Assembly (NCBI GenBank): GCA_013813265.1
Contig: JACCRY010000075.1
Coordinates: forward strand, 150 to 64,149
Direction: 5' to 3'
Length of the DNA stretch: 64,000 nucleotides
Source: Parachlamydiaceae bacterium
Lineage (GTDB): Bacteria > Chlamydiota > Chlamydiia > Chlamydiales > Parachlamydiaceae
Both the position numbers and the translations under genes were made by a program. The stretch's first letter is position 1; each line of letters begins with the position of its first letter. The notes below the pieces were generated by a model that saw only the letters and a list, made by a program, of their open reading frames with translations, did no database searches and was not told where the DNA came from. This document shows, piece after piece, positions 38,539 to 47,797 of this stretch.

Positions 38539-39558
38539 ATGGCCAAATCACTAGAACTTTCTGAATTTCAAAAAATTTCAGGTCCCATTTTTGATGTACG
38601 CAGCCCCGGGGAGTTTGCTCAAGGGCAACTTCCCGGAGCCTACAATCTCCCTCTCTTCACCAATGAAGAACGCTCCCAAATCGGTAGTCTTTACAAGCAA
38701 ATAGGTCGCAAGCAAGCAGTGCTTGAAGGGATGCGTTATGCAGCCCCAAAATTTGCTCACTTTGTTGAAGAAGTCGAAAAAGCTCTTCAAGATTTTTCTC
38801 CTGAAGGAAAAGCCAAAATACATTGCTGGCGTGGTGGGATGCGCAGTGGGAGTGTTGCTATGCTGCTTGAGATGGCAGGCATGCCAACTGTGACACTAAA
38901 AGGCGGTTATAAGGCCTTTAGGCACTGGGCTTTGGAATCTCTTAAGCAACCCTACCAATTGCGCATCCTTGGAGGCATGACAGGATCTGGTAAAACAGCC
39001 ATTTTGCATTTCATGAAAGCACAAGGCACACAAGTTCTTGATTTAGAAGGCTTTGCAAAGCATCGTGGAAGTAGTTTCGGCATGATCGGCATGCCGCAGC
39101 AACCATCCAATGAGCAATTTGAAAATGAACTAGGATTTCAACTTTCATTGTTTGATCCGAAGAGACCGATCTGGATTGAGGACGAAAGCCGTTTGATTGG
39201 CTGGTGCAAAGTTCCTGACCCTCTTTTTTTAGCTATGCGAACAGCCCCTCTATATATTCTTGAACGTTCTACGAAACATCGACTTGAAGAAATCCAAAAA
39301 ACTTATTGGGATCAAGATCCTAATGCTTTGATTAAGTCCACGAATCGCCTAATAAAAAAATTGGGGAGCGTACGAGGAAAAGAAGCAGTAGCAGCCATAG
39401 AAAAAAAGGATATGGAGACTGCTACGCTGATTATTTTGGAGTACTACGACAGAAGCTATCTTCATGAATTACGAAGGCATAAACGTCCACAAATACAGCT
39501 GGATGGCTCACACAGATCGAACGAATTGTGGGCAACTTATTTGGGTAGTTTGCATTAA
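38539..39558 (+). CDS. selU: tRNA 2-selenouridine / geranyl-2-thiouridine synthase
   Basis: Rhodanese domain with the active-site CWRGGMRS, followed by the P-loop GGMTGSGKT. About 340 aa. ATG 38539 avoids an overlap with serS. Confidence 0.8.
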   Translation: MAKSLELSEFQKISGPIFDVRSPGEFAQGQLPGAYNLPLFTNEERSQIGSLYKQIGRKQAVLEGMRYAAPKFAHFVEEVEKALQDFSPEGKAKIHCWRGGMRSGSVAMLLEMAGMPTVTLKGGYKAFRHWALESLKQPYQLRILGGMTGSGKTAILHFMKAQGTQVLDLEGFAKHRGSSFGMIGMPQQPSNEQFENELGFQLSLFDPKRPIWIEDESRLIGWCKVPDPLFLAMRTAPLYILERSTKHRLEEIQKTYWDQDPNALIKSTNRLIKKLGSVRGKEAVAAIEKKDMETATLIILEYYDRSYLHELRRHKRPQIQLDGSHRSNELWATYLGSLH

Positions 39559-39710
39559 AACTGAGCATCCCTGCTCCTGTTCCATCATGTAAGATCTGTG
39601 AATGCCTAGAAACTGTATAAGTCTATAATGATTTTTTTCAGGATGGAACAGGATAGAACAAGATGAGGCAGAATGGAATACAGAGCAATATACCTTTAGC
39701 TCCCAAATTA

Positions 39711-40802
39711 TTATACTTGCTTCAACTTTCGTAAAATATAATGATGCAGTAAGGATTTTGAGACCAGATGATTTTGTTTTAGATCGTAGACAGTTCTTAA
39801 CCCAATAGCGTTGAGGTTATCCTCTACCTCCTGGCGATAATGTTGCAAGAGTTCTGCATCTCCCCCAAGTAAAGGAAGTGCCAGCGCGTTCGGATCGGTC
39901 ACTTTTGGTAAAAGTCCCAGCTTCCAATAATCTTCAACATACCAAACTGAAAACCGTGAAAGTGCTTCAATCGCAGGCTCTTTATCATCTAAAGCATCAA
40001 ATTCATCTTGATCCGTATCGAAAACGGATGAAAGATGCTCTTCGAGCTCTAAATATAGACCAGAAGCTCTAACAAACTGGCTTGAAGGCTGGCCTATAAC
40101 AGAAAATAAAAACCTTTCGTAACGTTCACGATAACCACTAAGGACTTCAACAAGATCACTACTATGCGCGTTCCATGCTAAAGAGAGAGCATTTTCAATC
40201 TTACAGCAAATTTTATGGATACTCTGCTGGAATTCAACGAATTCAGACTTTAGATTTTCAAATTCTTGTGGCTCCAGTTCCAGAACTTTAAGGATACGAA
40301 TTTTTTGCTTTTGCTCAAGAAATCGATTTTGAATTTGATCGAAAAGCCTTTTTACTTCATGTACAAATAATATGAGGTGATGCTGTAACGGCTCCGTAAC
40401 GCAAAGTTGCTGAAGCTGATGCTTACGTTTTTCCGGAATTTCAAATAACAATTCGCTGAATAGTTGATGGGGAATCGCTACAAAAATCGGAAAAAGTTTC
40501 CATACTTGTTCCTTATTGACGGTAGAAAAATCAAGAAGTTCCAGGAGCTGTTCAAGGGTTAAAGTGGATCCCAATGCTTCTAGGGCTTCAACAGCTGTAA
40601 TCCCTTGGAAAAGCCCCGTTAGTTTTAATTTCCATTGAGGCTCTGCAACTTCTGTCAAAAGCGGACTTATAGTTGTAATTTGTCCTAGATTCATTTGGGA
40701 GGCGTATTCTTGAATTTCCTCTGGAGTCATATTTCTTATAAGGGCAGCCAGCTCAGACTCCCCATAAGATCCAATTTCTATTTTCTGCTCTAGCTTTTTC
40801 AT
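39711..40802 (-). CDS. Hypothetical all-helical protein
   Basis: 363-aa ORF with coding-like composition. No motif recognised. Confidence 0.5.
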   Translation of the reverse strand: MKKLEQKIEIGSYGESELAALIRNMTPEEIQEYASQMNLGQITTISPLLTEVAEPQWKLKLTGLFQGITAVEALEALGSTLTLEQLLELLDFSTVNKEQVWKLFPIFVAIPHQLFSELLFEIPEKRKHQLQQLCVTEPLQHHLILFVHEVKRLFDQIQNRFLEQKQKIRILKVLELEPQEFENLKSEFVEFQQSIHKICCKIENALSLAWNAHSSDLVEVLSGYRERYERFLFSVIGQPSSQFVRASGLYLELEEHLSSVFDTDQDEFDALDDKEPAIEALSRFSVWYVEDYWKLGLLPKVTDPNALALPLLGGDAELLQHYRQEVEDNLNAIGLRTVYDLKQNHLVSKSLLHHYILRKLKQV

Positions 40803-40885
40803 ATACCCTCGTTACAGAAACCGTAAGTTACCTGAGCATACAATGACTTTTTAGATTTAATCTGTAAAGCCAATTTGGGGATTAG

Positions 40886-40950
40886 TTTTTAACACAGACG
40901 CAAAGAATACACAGAGAGATGAGCCTCTAACTAGACATTCCAGTTACAGG
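40886..40950. repeat. Solo arm of the octamer-array family plus a CCAGTTACAGG motif
   Basis: TTTTTAACACAGACGCAAAGAATACACAGAGAGA, followed 20 nt later by CCAGTTACAGG (reverse complement of the CCTGTAACTGG seen at 12507). Confidence 0.6.
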
Positions 40951-41035
40951 TTCCACAAGTTTTACCCCTTTTTTGTTAACTCTTAATCAGAATTTATTTA
41001 CCATAGTGAGGATATAAACCTATTAGGAATTGATC

Positions 41036-43024
41036 ATGACTGATGCACCCCCCCCTCGACAGAGCTCTCTAGAGAATTTAATGGATGAAACACGCCAATT
41101 TTCTCCTTCGGAACTTGTGAAAAGCAACGCGACCCATCTCACCTCCTTTGATCAATATGAGCAAATGTATCGTAGATCTCTTGAAGAAAATGATCAATTT
41201 TGGCTTGAACAAGCCCATAGCCTTGAATGGATTCATCCTCCGACAATTGCCTGCGAGCACACATGGGATACACCCCATGGTCAAATTCAGCATACTTGGT
41301 TTAAAGACGGAATTCTAAATGTCACACATAATTGTTTAGACCGTCACCTCCCCCTGTATAACAACAAATGCGCCTTAATTTGGCAAGGCGATGAAGATCA
41401 TGAAGAAACACGTATTTCTTACTTAGAGCTCCATGCACAAGTTTGTCGTTTTGCCAATGTTTTAAAAGCGCATGGTATTAATAAAGGGGACCGAGTCAGC
41501 ATCTATCTACCAATGATTCCTGAGTTAGCAATAGCTATGTTGGCTTGTGCCAGGATTGGAGCTATCCATTCCGTTATTTTTGGCGGCTTTAGCAGCGAAT
41601 CCCTTGTACATCGTATCAATGATTCAACTTGTAAACTTCTTGTAACTGCGAATAGTGGCATGCGTGGGGGGAAAAAAGTCCTTCTAAAGTCAATTGCAGA
41701 TGAAGCCCTTTTGCACACACCTTCAATTGAACACGTCATTGTCGTTAAGCGAACTGAGGATTTCTGCGATATGGCTGTAGACAGAGATTATTGGTATCAT
41801 GATGAGGTCTCTAGGCAGTCTGCTGAATGTCCTGCGGAACCCATGCATGCAGAAGACCCCCTTTTTATTCTATATACATCTGGATCTACAGGAAAACCTA
41901 AAGGAGTTGTTCATACTCAAGCCGGCTATCTGCTGCATGTCTCACTTTCTCATCGTTACATTTTTGACCTACATGATGATGATGTGTATTGGTGTACAGC
42001 TGATCTTGGTTGGATTACAGGACATAGCTATAGCATTTATGGACCTCTTGCTAATGGGGCCACTTCTTTACTTTTTGAAGGCACACCGACCTATCCTGAT
42101 GCTGGCCGTTTTTGGCAAATTATCGATAAATTTAAAGTGAGTTTATTCTATACGGCTCCAACAGCTATTAGAACTCTCATCAGCAAAGGATCTGAATTTC
42201 CTTTAAAATACAACTTAAGCTCATTAAGAATTTTGGGCAGCGTGGGCGAACCGATCAACCCTGAAGCATGGATTTGGTATTATGAACTTATTGGCAAAGG
42301 TCGATGCCCACTAGTGGACACTTGGTGGCAAACAGAAACAGGAGGAATCCTAATCACTCCATTGCCCACAACTCACACTTTAAAACCAGGATCTGCCTCG
42401 CGACCTTTTTTTGGAATCGATCCTATCATTCTTCGTGATGATGGCACCGAATGCCAACCTAATGAAGGAGGAAGCCTTTGCATTCGCAGGCCATGGCCAG
42501 GTATTATGCGCACAACTTGGGGAGACCATCAACGTTTTGTCGACACCTATTTTTCGACTTTTAAAAATGTATACTTTTCAGGAGATGGTTGCCGAAAAGA
42601 CAAACAGGGAGACTATTGGCTTCTGGGAAGAATTGATGACATTGTAAATGTCTCCGGCCACCGCATTGGCACTGCAGAAGTTGAAAGCGCCTTAGTTAGC
42701 CATCAAGCTGTTGCCGAAGCGGCAGTAGTTCCTATTCCCAGTGAAATTAAAGGTCAAGAGCTATACGCTTTTGTTACATTAGTAGATTCTGCGGAAGGAA
42801 GTGAAGCTTTGAAGATGGAACTTTCGCAACACGTCCGTAGAGAAATTGGAGCCATAGCGATTCCGGCAATCATTCAATTTGCCAAAGCGCTACCAAAAAC
42901 ACGTTCAGGAAAAATTATGCGTCGAATTTTAAGGAAAATTGCTGAAAAACAATTTGATGAGCTCGGTGACATTAGCACTCTGGCTGATGCCAGAGTGCTC
43001 CAAGATTTAATTACACCTACCTAG
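41036..43024 (+). CDS. acs: Acetyl-CoA synthetase
   Basis: About 660 aa. AMP-binding signature YTSGSTGKPKG, WWQTETGG, and C-terminal PKTRSGKIMRR. Confidence 0.93.
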   Translation: MTDAPPPRQSSLENLMDETRQFSPSELVKSNATHLTSFDQYEQMYRRSLEENDQFWLEQAHSLEWIHPPTIACEHTWDTPHGQIQHTWFKDGILNVTHNCLDRHLPLYNNKCALIWQGDEDHEETRISYLELHAQVCRFANVLKAHGINKGDRVSIYLPMIPELAIAMLACARIGAIHSVIFGGFSSESLVHRINDSTCKLLVTANSGMRGGKKVLLKSIADEALLHTPSIEHVIVVKRTEDFCDMAVDRDYWYHDEVSRQSAECPAEPMHAEDPLFILYTSGSTGKPKGVVHTQAGYLLHVSLSHRYIFDLHDDDVYWCTADLGWITGHSYSIYGPLANGATSLLFEGTPTYPDAGRFWQIIDKFKVSLFYTAPTAIRTLISKGSEFPLKYNLSSLRILGSVGEPINPEAWIWYYELIGKGRCPLVDTWWQTETGGILITPLPTTHTLKPGSASRPFFGIDPIILRDDGTECQPNEGGSLCIRRPWPGIMRTTWGDHQRFVDTYFSTFKNVYFSGDGCRKDKQGDYWLLGRIDDIVNVSGHRIGTAEVESALVSHQAVAEAAVVPIPSEIKGQELYAFVTLVDSAEGSEALKMELSQHVRREIGAIAIPAIIQFAKALPKTRSGKIMRRILRKIAEKQFDELGDISTLADARVLQDLITPT

Positions 43025-43452
43025 CGAATTTCTTCGACATCAATTGTTTCGATTTTTTTAGAAAGATTTTTCTCATCTTTGTCAGCTTTTTTGGCGTCTT
43101 CTTCAGTGCCTGAAATGACATCGGTAACAGCCCCTTTTAGGACCTCAATTTTTGAACCATCATACATTTTTAGGATAAGCGTATTGTCTAGAATTCGGAC
43201 GACAGTTCCAACGATTCCAACAGCTGTTACGCGATCCCCTTTTTTAATTTGAGAGCGAAGAGCTTCAGCTTCTTGCCTACGCTTTTGTTCAGGGCGATAA
43301 AGAATAAAATAAAAAAAGACTAGGAAGATTCCAATCATACTAACTGTTTGCCAAATACCTTGATCCCTTACTGGGGCCATATCTTCGCCTTCTGCAAAAA
43401 GAGGTATCTGAACGAATGCCATAGTGGCTAAAAGTGTGAGCCGTTTTTTCAT
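43021..43452 (-). CDS. yajC: Preprotein translocase subunit YajC
   Basis: 143 aa. TM followed by PEQKRRQE...IKKGDRVTAVGIVGTVVRI. Has an extended acidic C-terminus. Confidence 0.8.
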   Translation of the reverse strand: MKKRLTLLATMAFVQIPLFAEGEDMAPVRDQGIWQTVSMIGIFLVFFYFILYRPEQKRRQEAEALRSQIKKGDRVTAVGIVGTVVRILDNTLILKMYDGSKIEVLKGAVTDVISGTEEDAKKADKDEKNLSKKIETIDVEEIR

Positions 43453-43525
43453 GTAAGTGTCTCTCTTTAATGGATAATTGTTTGCTTAATGCAATTTTGT
43501 CACAAACCCCCTATAAACACAAAAA

Positions 43526-43697
43526 AATTCAATGCGTTACCACCTTTATTCAAACCAAAGGCACAAAGAAAAAAAGAAGACAAAAAGAATATAAGGAATG
43601 CAGGATTAAGAAAAAATGGCACTTTATTTGAACTCCTCTCTGATTTCCATTGCCCATGTCTTCTTTACACCTTCATGTCTTTGCGTTGAATCTGTGC
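43526..43697. repeat. Degenerate inverted array of the CACAAAG/CGCAAAG subfamily
   Basis: Left ATTCAATGCG...CAAAGGCACAAAGAAAAAAAGAAGACAAAAAG. Right CATGTCTTCTTTACACCTTCATGTCTTTGCGTTGAATC. Pairing is imperfect. Confidence 0.5.
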
Positions 43698-43710
43698 TGT
43701 AAATTTAGAG

Positions 43711-45159
43711 CTACCCCTTACGCATAAATATCGCAATATTTTCAACATGCATCGTCTGCGGAAACTGATCTACAGGTTGAAGACACTGTAATTCATATCC
43801 CCCGTTCACAAGCTCTACAGTGTTGCTCGCCTGGGTTACAGGGTTACACGAGACATAGATAATTTTAGCCGGATTTAATCTCAAAAGTAGTTGAACAGCA
43901 TTCCCATCGAGCCCAGTGCGCGGCGGATCAACTAAGACTACATCTGGAGGAGGAATCTCTTGATCCAAATGGATTTTTTTCAAGACATCTCCAACATCTC
44001 CCATAATTATCCGCATGTTAGAAATGCTATTTAACCTGAGATTAGTATTAGCATCAACAGCAGACTCTGCTGATAACTCAACTCCAATCACTTCTTTTAC
44101 ATGTTTTGCAAGAGAAATTCCTAAAGTTCCTGTTCCGCAATAGAGGTCATAAACGACAGCATCTTTGGGAATCATGCCAAGTTCTATGACCCTTGAATAA
44201 AGTCTTTCAGCCTGCAGGGTATTGGGTTGAAAAAAAGCTGATGGACTAATTGTAAATGTAAGGGCTTCGGTCTCTGTGTCCTGATCCTTTTTAATATAAA
44301 GGACCTCTTGAATCGATTCAGGTCCATAGAGAGGCATTTCATAAAACTCTGTAGGTCGGCCCTTAGCAATTTGCTGAATTCTAAGAAAAATACTTAAACT
44401 TCCTGTATCATCCTTAGGCTCAATAGTTTCCCGCAGAGCACTCACAAAGTCGGCTAACTGATGCTTGCTTACCGCATAGTCAACATTCCCAGAAACCGTT
44501 AACATGACTAAGCGTTGCCCAGTACGGACACCTTCTCTTACAATTAAAGTGCGCAATGCCCCCGTATTCTTAGACGGGTGGTACGCTGCAAGCGCTGATG
44601 TTTCCCACCATTGTCTTGTCGTACTTAATGCATCGATAAACCAGCTATGTACAAGATGACATTCTTTAAGGTTAAGAACTTTACCTCTTCCTGAATCCAT
44701 CATAAGACCCAAAAATTTGTCCCCTGCTCGGTTCGAAGAGAATGAGAACTCCATTTTATTACGATATTCCCATGGATCCAGGGAAGGTGAAATTGGATGA
44801 AATATCACCTCAGGGGTGATTAAATTTTCAAAGCAACGTTTCACAAAAGCTTCTTTGTACTCTAATTGATCTGCATAAGAAATCTGCTGTAAACGGCATC
44901 CTCCACATATTCCAAAATGAATACATTTAGGTTTAATACGTTTTGGAGAAGGCACCAGAATTTCTTCTAGCACACATTGGTAAGCTCCCTTACGTTTTTT
45001 TAAGATATCTGCACGAACAAAATCTCCTGGAAGAGTAAATGGCACTTCTAGAGTCCATTTCATCCCTTGAGGGTGATCATACATTCCAATTCCATTTCCA
45101 CGGCTAGAGAAGTCGTGGATATTCACATCGACAACACGCTTTTTTCGTTCTTTTTTCAT
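43711..45159 (-). CDS. rlmD: 23S rRNA (uracil-C5)-methyltransferase, RlmD/RumA family
   Basis: 482 aa. TRAM-like N-terminus, Cys cluster CIHFGICGGCRLQ, SAM motif DLYCGTGT, DPPRTG, and a catalytic Cys region (YVSCNP). Confidence 0.85.
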   Translation of the reverse strand: MKKERKKRVVDVNIHDFSSRGNGIGMYDHPQGMKWTLEVPFTLPGDFVRADILKKRKGAYQCVLEEILVPSPKRIKPKCIHFGICGGCRLQQISYADQLEYKEAFVKRCFENLITPEVIFHPISPSLDPWEYRNKMEFSFSSNRAGDKFLGLMMDSGRGKVLNLKECHLVHSWFIDALSTTRQWWETSALAAYHPSKNTGALRTLIVREGVRTGQRLVMLTVSGNVDYAVSKHQLADFVSALRETIEPKDDTGSLSIFLRIQQIAKGRPTEFYEMPLYGPESIQEVLYIKKDQDTETEALTFTISPSAFFQPNTLQAERLYSRVIELGMIPKDAVVYDLYCGTGTLGISLAKHVKEVIGVELSAESAVDANTNLRLNSISNMRIIMGDVGDVLKKIHLDQEIPPPDVVLVDPPRTGLDGNAVQLLLRLNPAKIIYVSCNPVTQASNTVELVNGGYELQCLQPVDQFPQTMHVENIAIFMRKG

Positions 45160-45262
45160 AAAATGTAAGGGGGTGGTGAAGTATAAAGAGAATTATTTTG
45201 CGAGGTTTTTATGTACGAAGTCAAGTGAAATGCACTATTGAACGCGTTTTTCTACGTGTTGT

Positions 45263-45298
45263 AAAAAAGTTCAGCCACCAACATAGTTGGGGCTGAAC
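45263..45298 (-). terminator. Rho-independent terminator of the Hc1 gene
   Basis: The minus-strand RNA reads GUUCAGCC-(14 nt)-GGCUGAAC followed by UUUUUU, 25 nt after the stop at 45324. Confidence 0.7.
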
Positions 45299-45323
45299 AC
45301 TAACAAAATTAACCCGTTTAAAA

Positions 45324-45992
45324 TTAACGTGAACGAGCAGGCAACTTAGCTGTTGGCTTCTTAGCAGCTGAAGAACTTTGTTTGGATGAACTTGAGCTTG
45401 ATTTACCTTTGGAAGATGCTTGTGTTGCTTGGCTTCTTCCTTGAGATCCTTGTGAACCATGAGATCCACTTGAGCCATTAGATGATCTTGAGCTGGATGA
45501 AGTTGATTTAGAGGATCCAGCTGAAGATTTGGAACTCGACCCACTCGCTTTTGAAGTAGAGTTTGATCGGCCTGAAGAAGAGTTGCCTTTATTGGAGCTA
45601 GAGCTAGAACTAGAACCTTTGCTGCCTGAAGAACCTTTTGACCCTTGAAAAGCTTGAGATCCTTGCCCTTTAGATCCTTGTGAACTTTGGCTCTTGGAAC
45701 CTTGAGATCCTTGACCTTTAGATCCTTGACCTTTAGATCCTTGAGATTTAGATTGGCTTGAACTCTTCTTGCCTTTTGATTTGCTTGAAGGACTTTTTTC
45801 GCTAATGATCGATTCTTTACGATACAATTTAGCAACTTTTTCTAGTTTAACTGTCCCAGTGCGTACACGCTGAGATGCTGCTTTATTACCCTTGCTTGAC
45901 TTCTCAAGGTCCGTTGTAACCTCTGTAAGAAGATTGTTCATAAACTCGGTAATGTCCGATAAATTCTTCAATGAATTGATGTTTTTGGTCAC
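45324..45992 (-). CDS. hctA: Chlamydial histone H1-like protein Hc1 with a Ser/Gly/Lys/Gln-rich tail
   Basis: The N-terminal domain ...KGNKAASQRVRTGTVKLEKVAKLYRKESI matches the Hc1 signature. GTG 45992 is preceded by GGAG with a 9-nt spacer. Track start 46061 is less likely. Confidence 0.8.
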   Translation of the reverse strand: MTKNINSLKNLSDITEFMNNLLTEVTTDLEKSSKGNKAASQRVRTGTVKLEKVAKLYRKESIISEKSPSSKSKGKKSSSQSKSQGSKGQGSKGQGSQGSKSQSSQGSKGQGSQAFQGSKGSSGSKGSSSSSSSNKGNSSSGRSNSTSKASGSSSKSSAGSSKSTSSSSRSSNGSSGSHGSQGSQGRSQATQASSKGKSSSSSSKQSSSAAKKPTAKLPARSR

Positions 45993-46367
45993 GACTAAAG
46001 TCTCCTGTATATAGGTAAAGTGTCTACTTATTAAGTATCCTCTTTCCAGTATATTGTGCAATCCCTTTTTTAAAAAAATTTAATTTTTTTTAAAAATGTT
46101 AAATTTTTTTAAAAAAAATTTTTTTTTAAAAGCCACCCACATATACTTAAAGAATAGATTTCTTCATAGAAAACACCGCTGAAAAAAAATTAGAAATTTT
46201 AAAAAAAACGAAAAAATAAACATAAAAAGGCCTTAAATAGGCTCATAAATCAAAGCAAGCATGCGAAAATCCTTTCAGATTATCTGATTGCACTTTAACC
46301 CTATTGGAATATACTTGTGAAAACGGTACTTTATGACGTCTAATCTTTACAAAAGGAGTCAAAGGAA

Positions 46368-46769
46368 ATGGATAAAAAAAAAGTTATCAACACATCTCTT
46401 GCCCCTGAAGCTTCAGGCCCCTATTCTCAGGCTGTATCTTTACAATCTCCTCAAAGGCTAGTTTTTGTGTCAGGGCAACTGCCTATTGATCTAGAGACAG
46501 GAAAACTTGCAATTGAAGACATCGGAGCAATGACACGTCGTCTCTTAAAATCTATAGAAGTCATATTGAAGGAAGCTGGTGCATCTTTAGAAGATGTCGT
46601 CAGGGTTGATATTTTCTGCAAAGAACTCAAGAGAGATTTTGCTGAGATTAATAAAGAATACGCTCTTCATTTTACGGGTGCGGTAAAGCCTGCTCGACAA
46701 ACCGTGGAAGTGGCATGCCTCCCCCTTGGCTCCCCTCTCGAAATCTCCTGCATCGCGGCAATACCCTGA
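46368..46769 (+). CDS. ridA: RidA (YjgF/UK114) family protein
   Basis: 133 aa. GPYSQAV... and PARQTVEVACLPLGSPLEI motifs. AAAGGAG RBS upstream. Confidence 0.85.
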   Translation: MDKKKVINTSLAPEASGPYSQAVSLQSPQRLVFVSGQLPIDLETGKLAIEDIGAMTRRLLKSIEVILKEAGASLEDVVRVDIFCKELKRDFAEINKEYALHFTGAVKPARQTVEVACLPLGSPLEISCIAAIP

Positions 46770-46792
46770 GCCTATAAAAATTGTAGATCGGC

Positions 46793-46952
46793 AAAAGTAG
46801 CTCGACATTCAATGTCGAGTTAAACGCTAACCTTGTTAGAACTATCAATTTTGACTCATGCCTACTGATCTCTCAAAAATGGCGTCTTTGCTAAAGGTCA
46901 ATAGCATTCGCTTAGTTGACTCCCAACTCGACATCGAATGTCGAGCTACTTT
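46793..46952. mobile_element. 160-bp MITE-like element with palindromic terminal inverted repeats
   Basis: Termini AAAAGTAGCTCGACATTCAATGTCGAG / CTCGACATCGAATGTCGAGCTACTTT. The left ~90 nt recur at 49851-49942. Confidence 0.7.
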
Positions 46953-47335
46953 ATCCCAGCTGAAATTTTTATGACCACTTTTCAAAACAGCCATGTGGGC
47001 TCCCGCATGACACCAAATATCTATCCCTCGGAGAATAAATGGATTGATCAGTCAATGCTAAGACGCGAACTTTAAACTCATTAAAAATTTTTACACTTGA
47101 AATAAAAAAACGTATAGCTTAAAATAGCAATTTATTATTAACAAACAAAAAATAAAACTAAAGTTTTTATGTTAGATTCAGAAATATCGTTCAGATAGAA
47201 AGAACCATTTGGCTTAATATAAGTGGCGATCAGCCTGTAGAGCTTAAACCCTCTAAATTTCCAACATTCATAGCTACTACAATACCTATAATTCATAAAC
47301 TAAGTAAAGTTAAAGGTTACAGTGCTTCTCTTAGT

Positions 47336-47797
47336 TTGAGCCCAAAATTAAAAAATAAAGTCACTGAATTAGATAGTCAGACCGAAAGACTCGAAAATGC
47401 AAACGACAGTAAGACAAAAGATATTATCATTGCAGTTCTGAAAGGTGCTTTTCTTGCAGCCGTTCTTGCTGCCACTGTTTTTGCTTTTATAGTACTTAAT
47501 AGTAATCCAGTCGGAGCAATTTTCACAGGTGCTGCCATTGTTGCTGGGCTAGGTTCAACCATTACGCTAGTGAACGCACTAGTGGAAGCAATAAATATGC
47601 GTGCAGGAGCCGGCGGAGTTGCAGTGGTAATACTTGGACCATTTATACCGCTCATTGATGTTTTTGTAAATATTCGTTCCCTAAAATCATACATCGAACG
47701 AGAAACTAAAGAAAGCATTGAGCTCTTTTCATCCCTTTCAAAATTCTTTACTGATTCAGAAAACATGAATAAAATCAGGAATGCGCTAGTGATATAA
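47336..47797 (+). CDS. Hypothetical membrane protein with an Inc-like bilobed hydrophobic domain
   Basis: 153 aa. Hydrophobic blocks IIIAVLKGAFLAAVLAATVFAFIVL and GAIFTGAAIVAGLGSTITLV, plus GGVAVVILGPFIPLIDVFV. TTG start. Confidence 0.5.
   Translation: MSPKLKNKVTELDSQTERLENANDSKTKDIIIAVLKGAFLAAVLAATVFAFIVLNSNPVGAIFTGAAIVAGLGSTITLVNALVEAINMRAGAGGVAVVILGPFIPLIDVFVNIRSLKSYIERETKESIELFSSLSKFFTDSENMNKIRNALVI

Noticed and set aside
39575-39650. Inverted repeat TCCTGTTCCATC / GATGGAACAGGA between selU and the convergent hypothetical gene, considered as a terminator or repeat-family member
   Set aside because: The 12-bp stem has a ~50-nt loop and no U-tract, and it shows no similarity to the other families. 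It is too weak to call.
45221-45835. 204-aa ORF in another frame on the same strand as the Hc1 tail
   Set aside because: It is a low-complexity shadow of the repetitive Ser/Gly/Lys-coding DNA. The Hc1 frame carries the conserved N-terminal domain, an RBS and a terminator.
47377-47766. 129-aa minus-strand ORF opposite the 47336..47797 membrane ORF
   Set aside because: The Ala/Gly/Val-rich hydrophobic coding on the plus strand keeps the antisense frame open. The plus-strand product has coherent TM blocks. The minus-strand product is Ser/Thr/Ala/Pro-rich with no features. The strand choice still rests on modest confidence.
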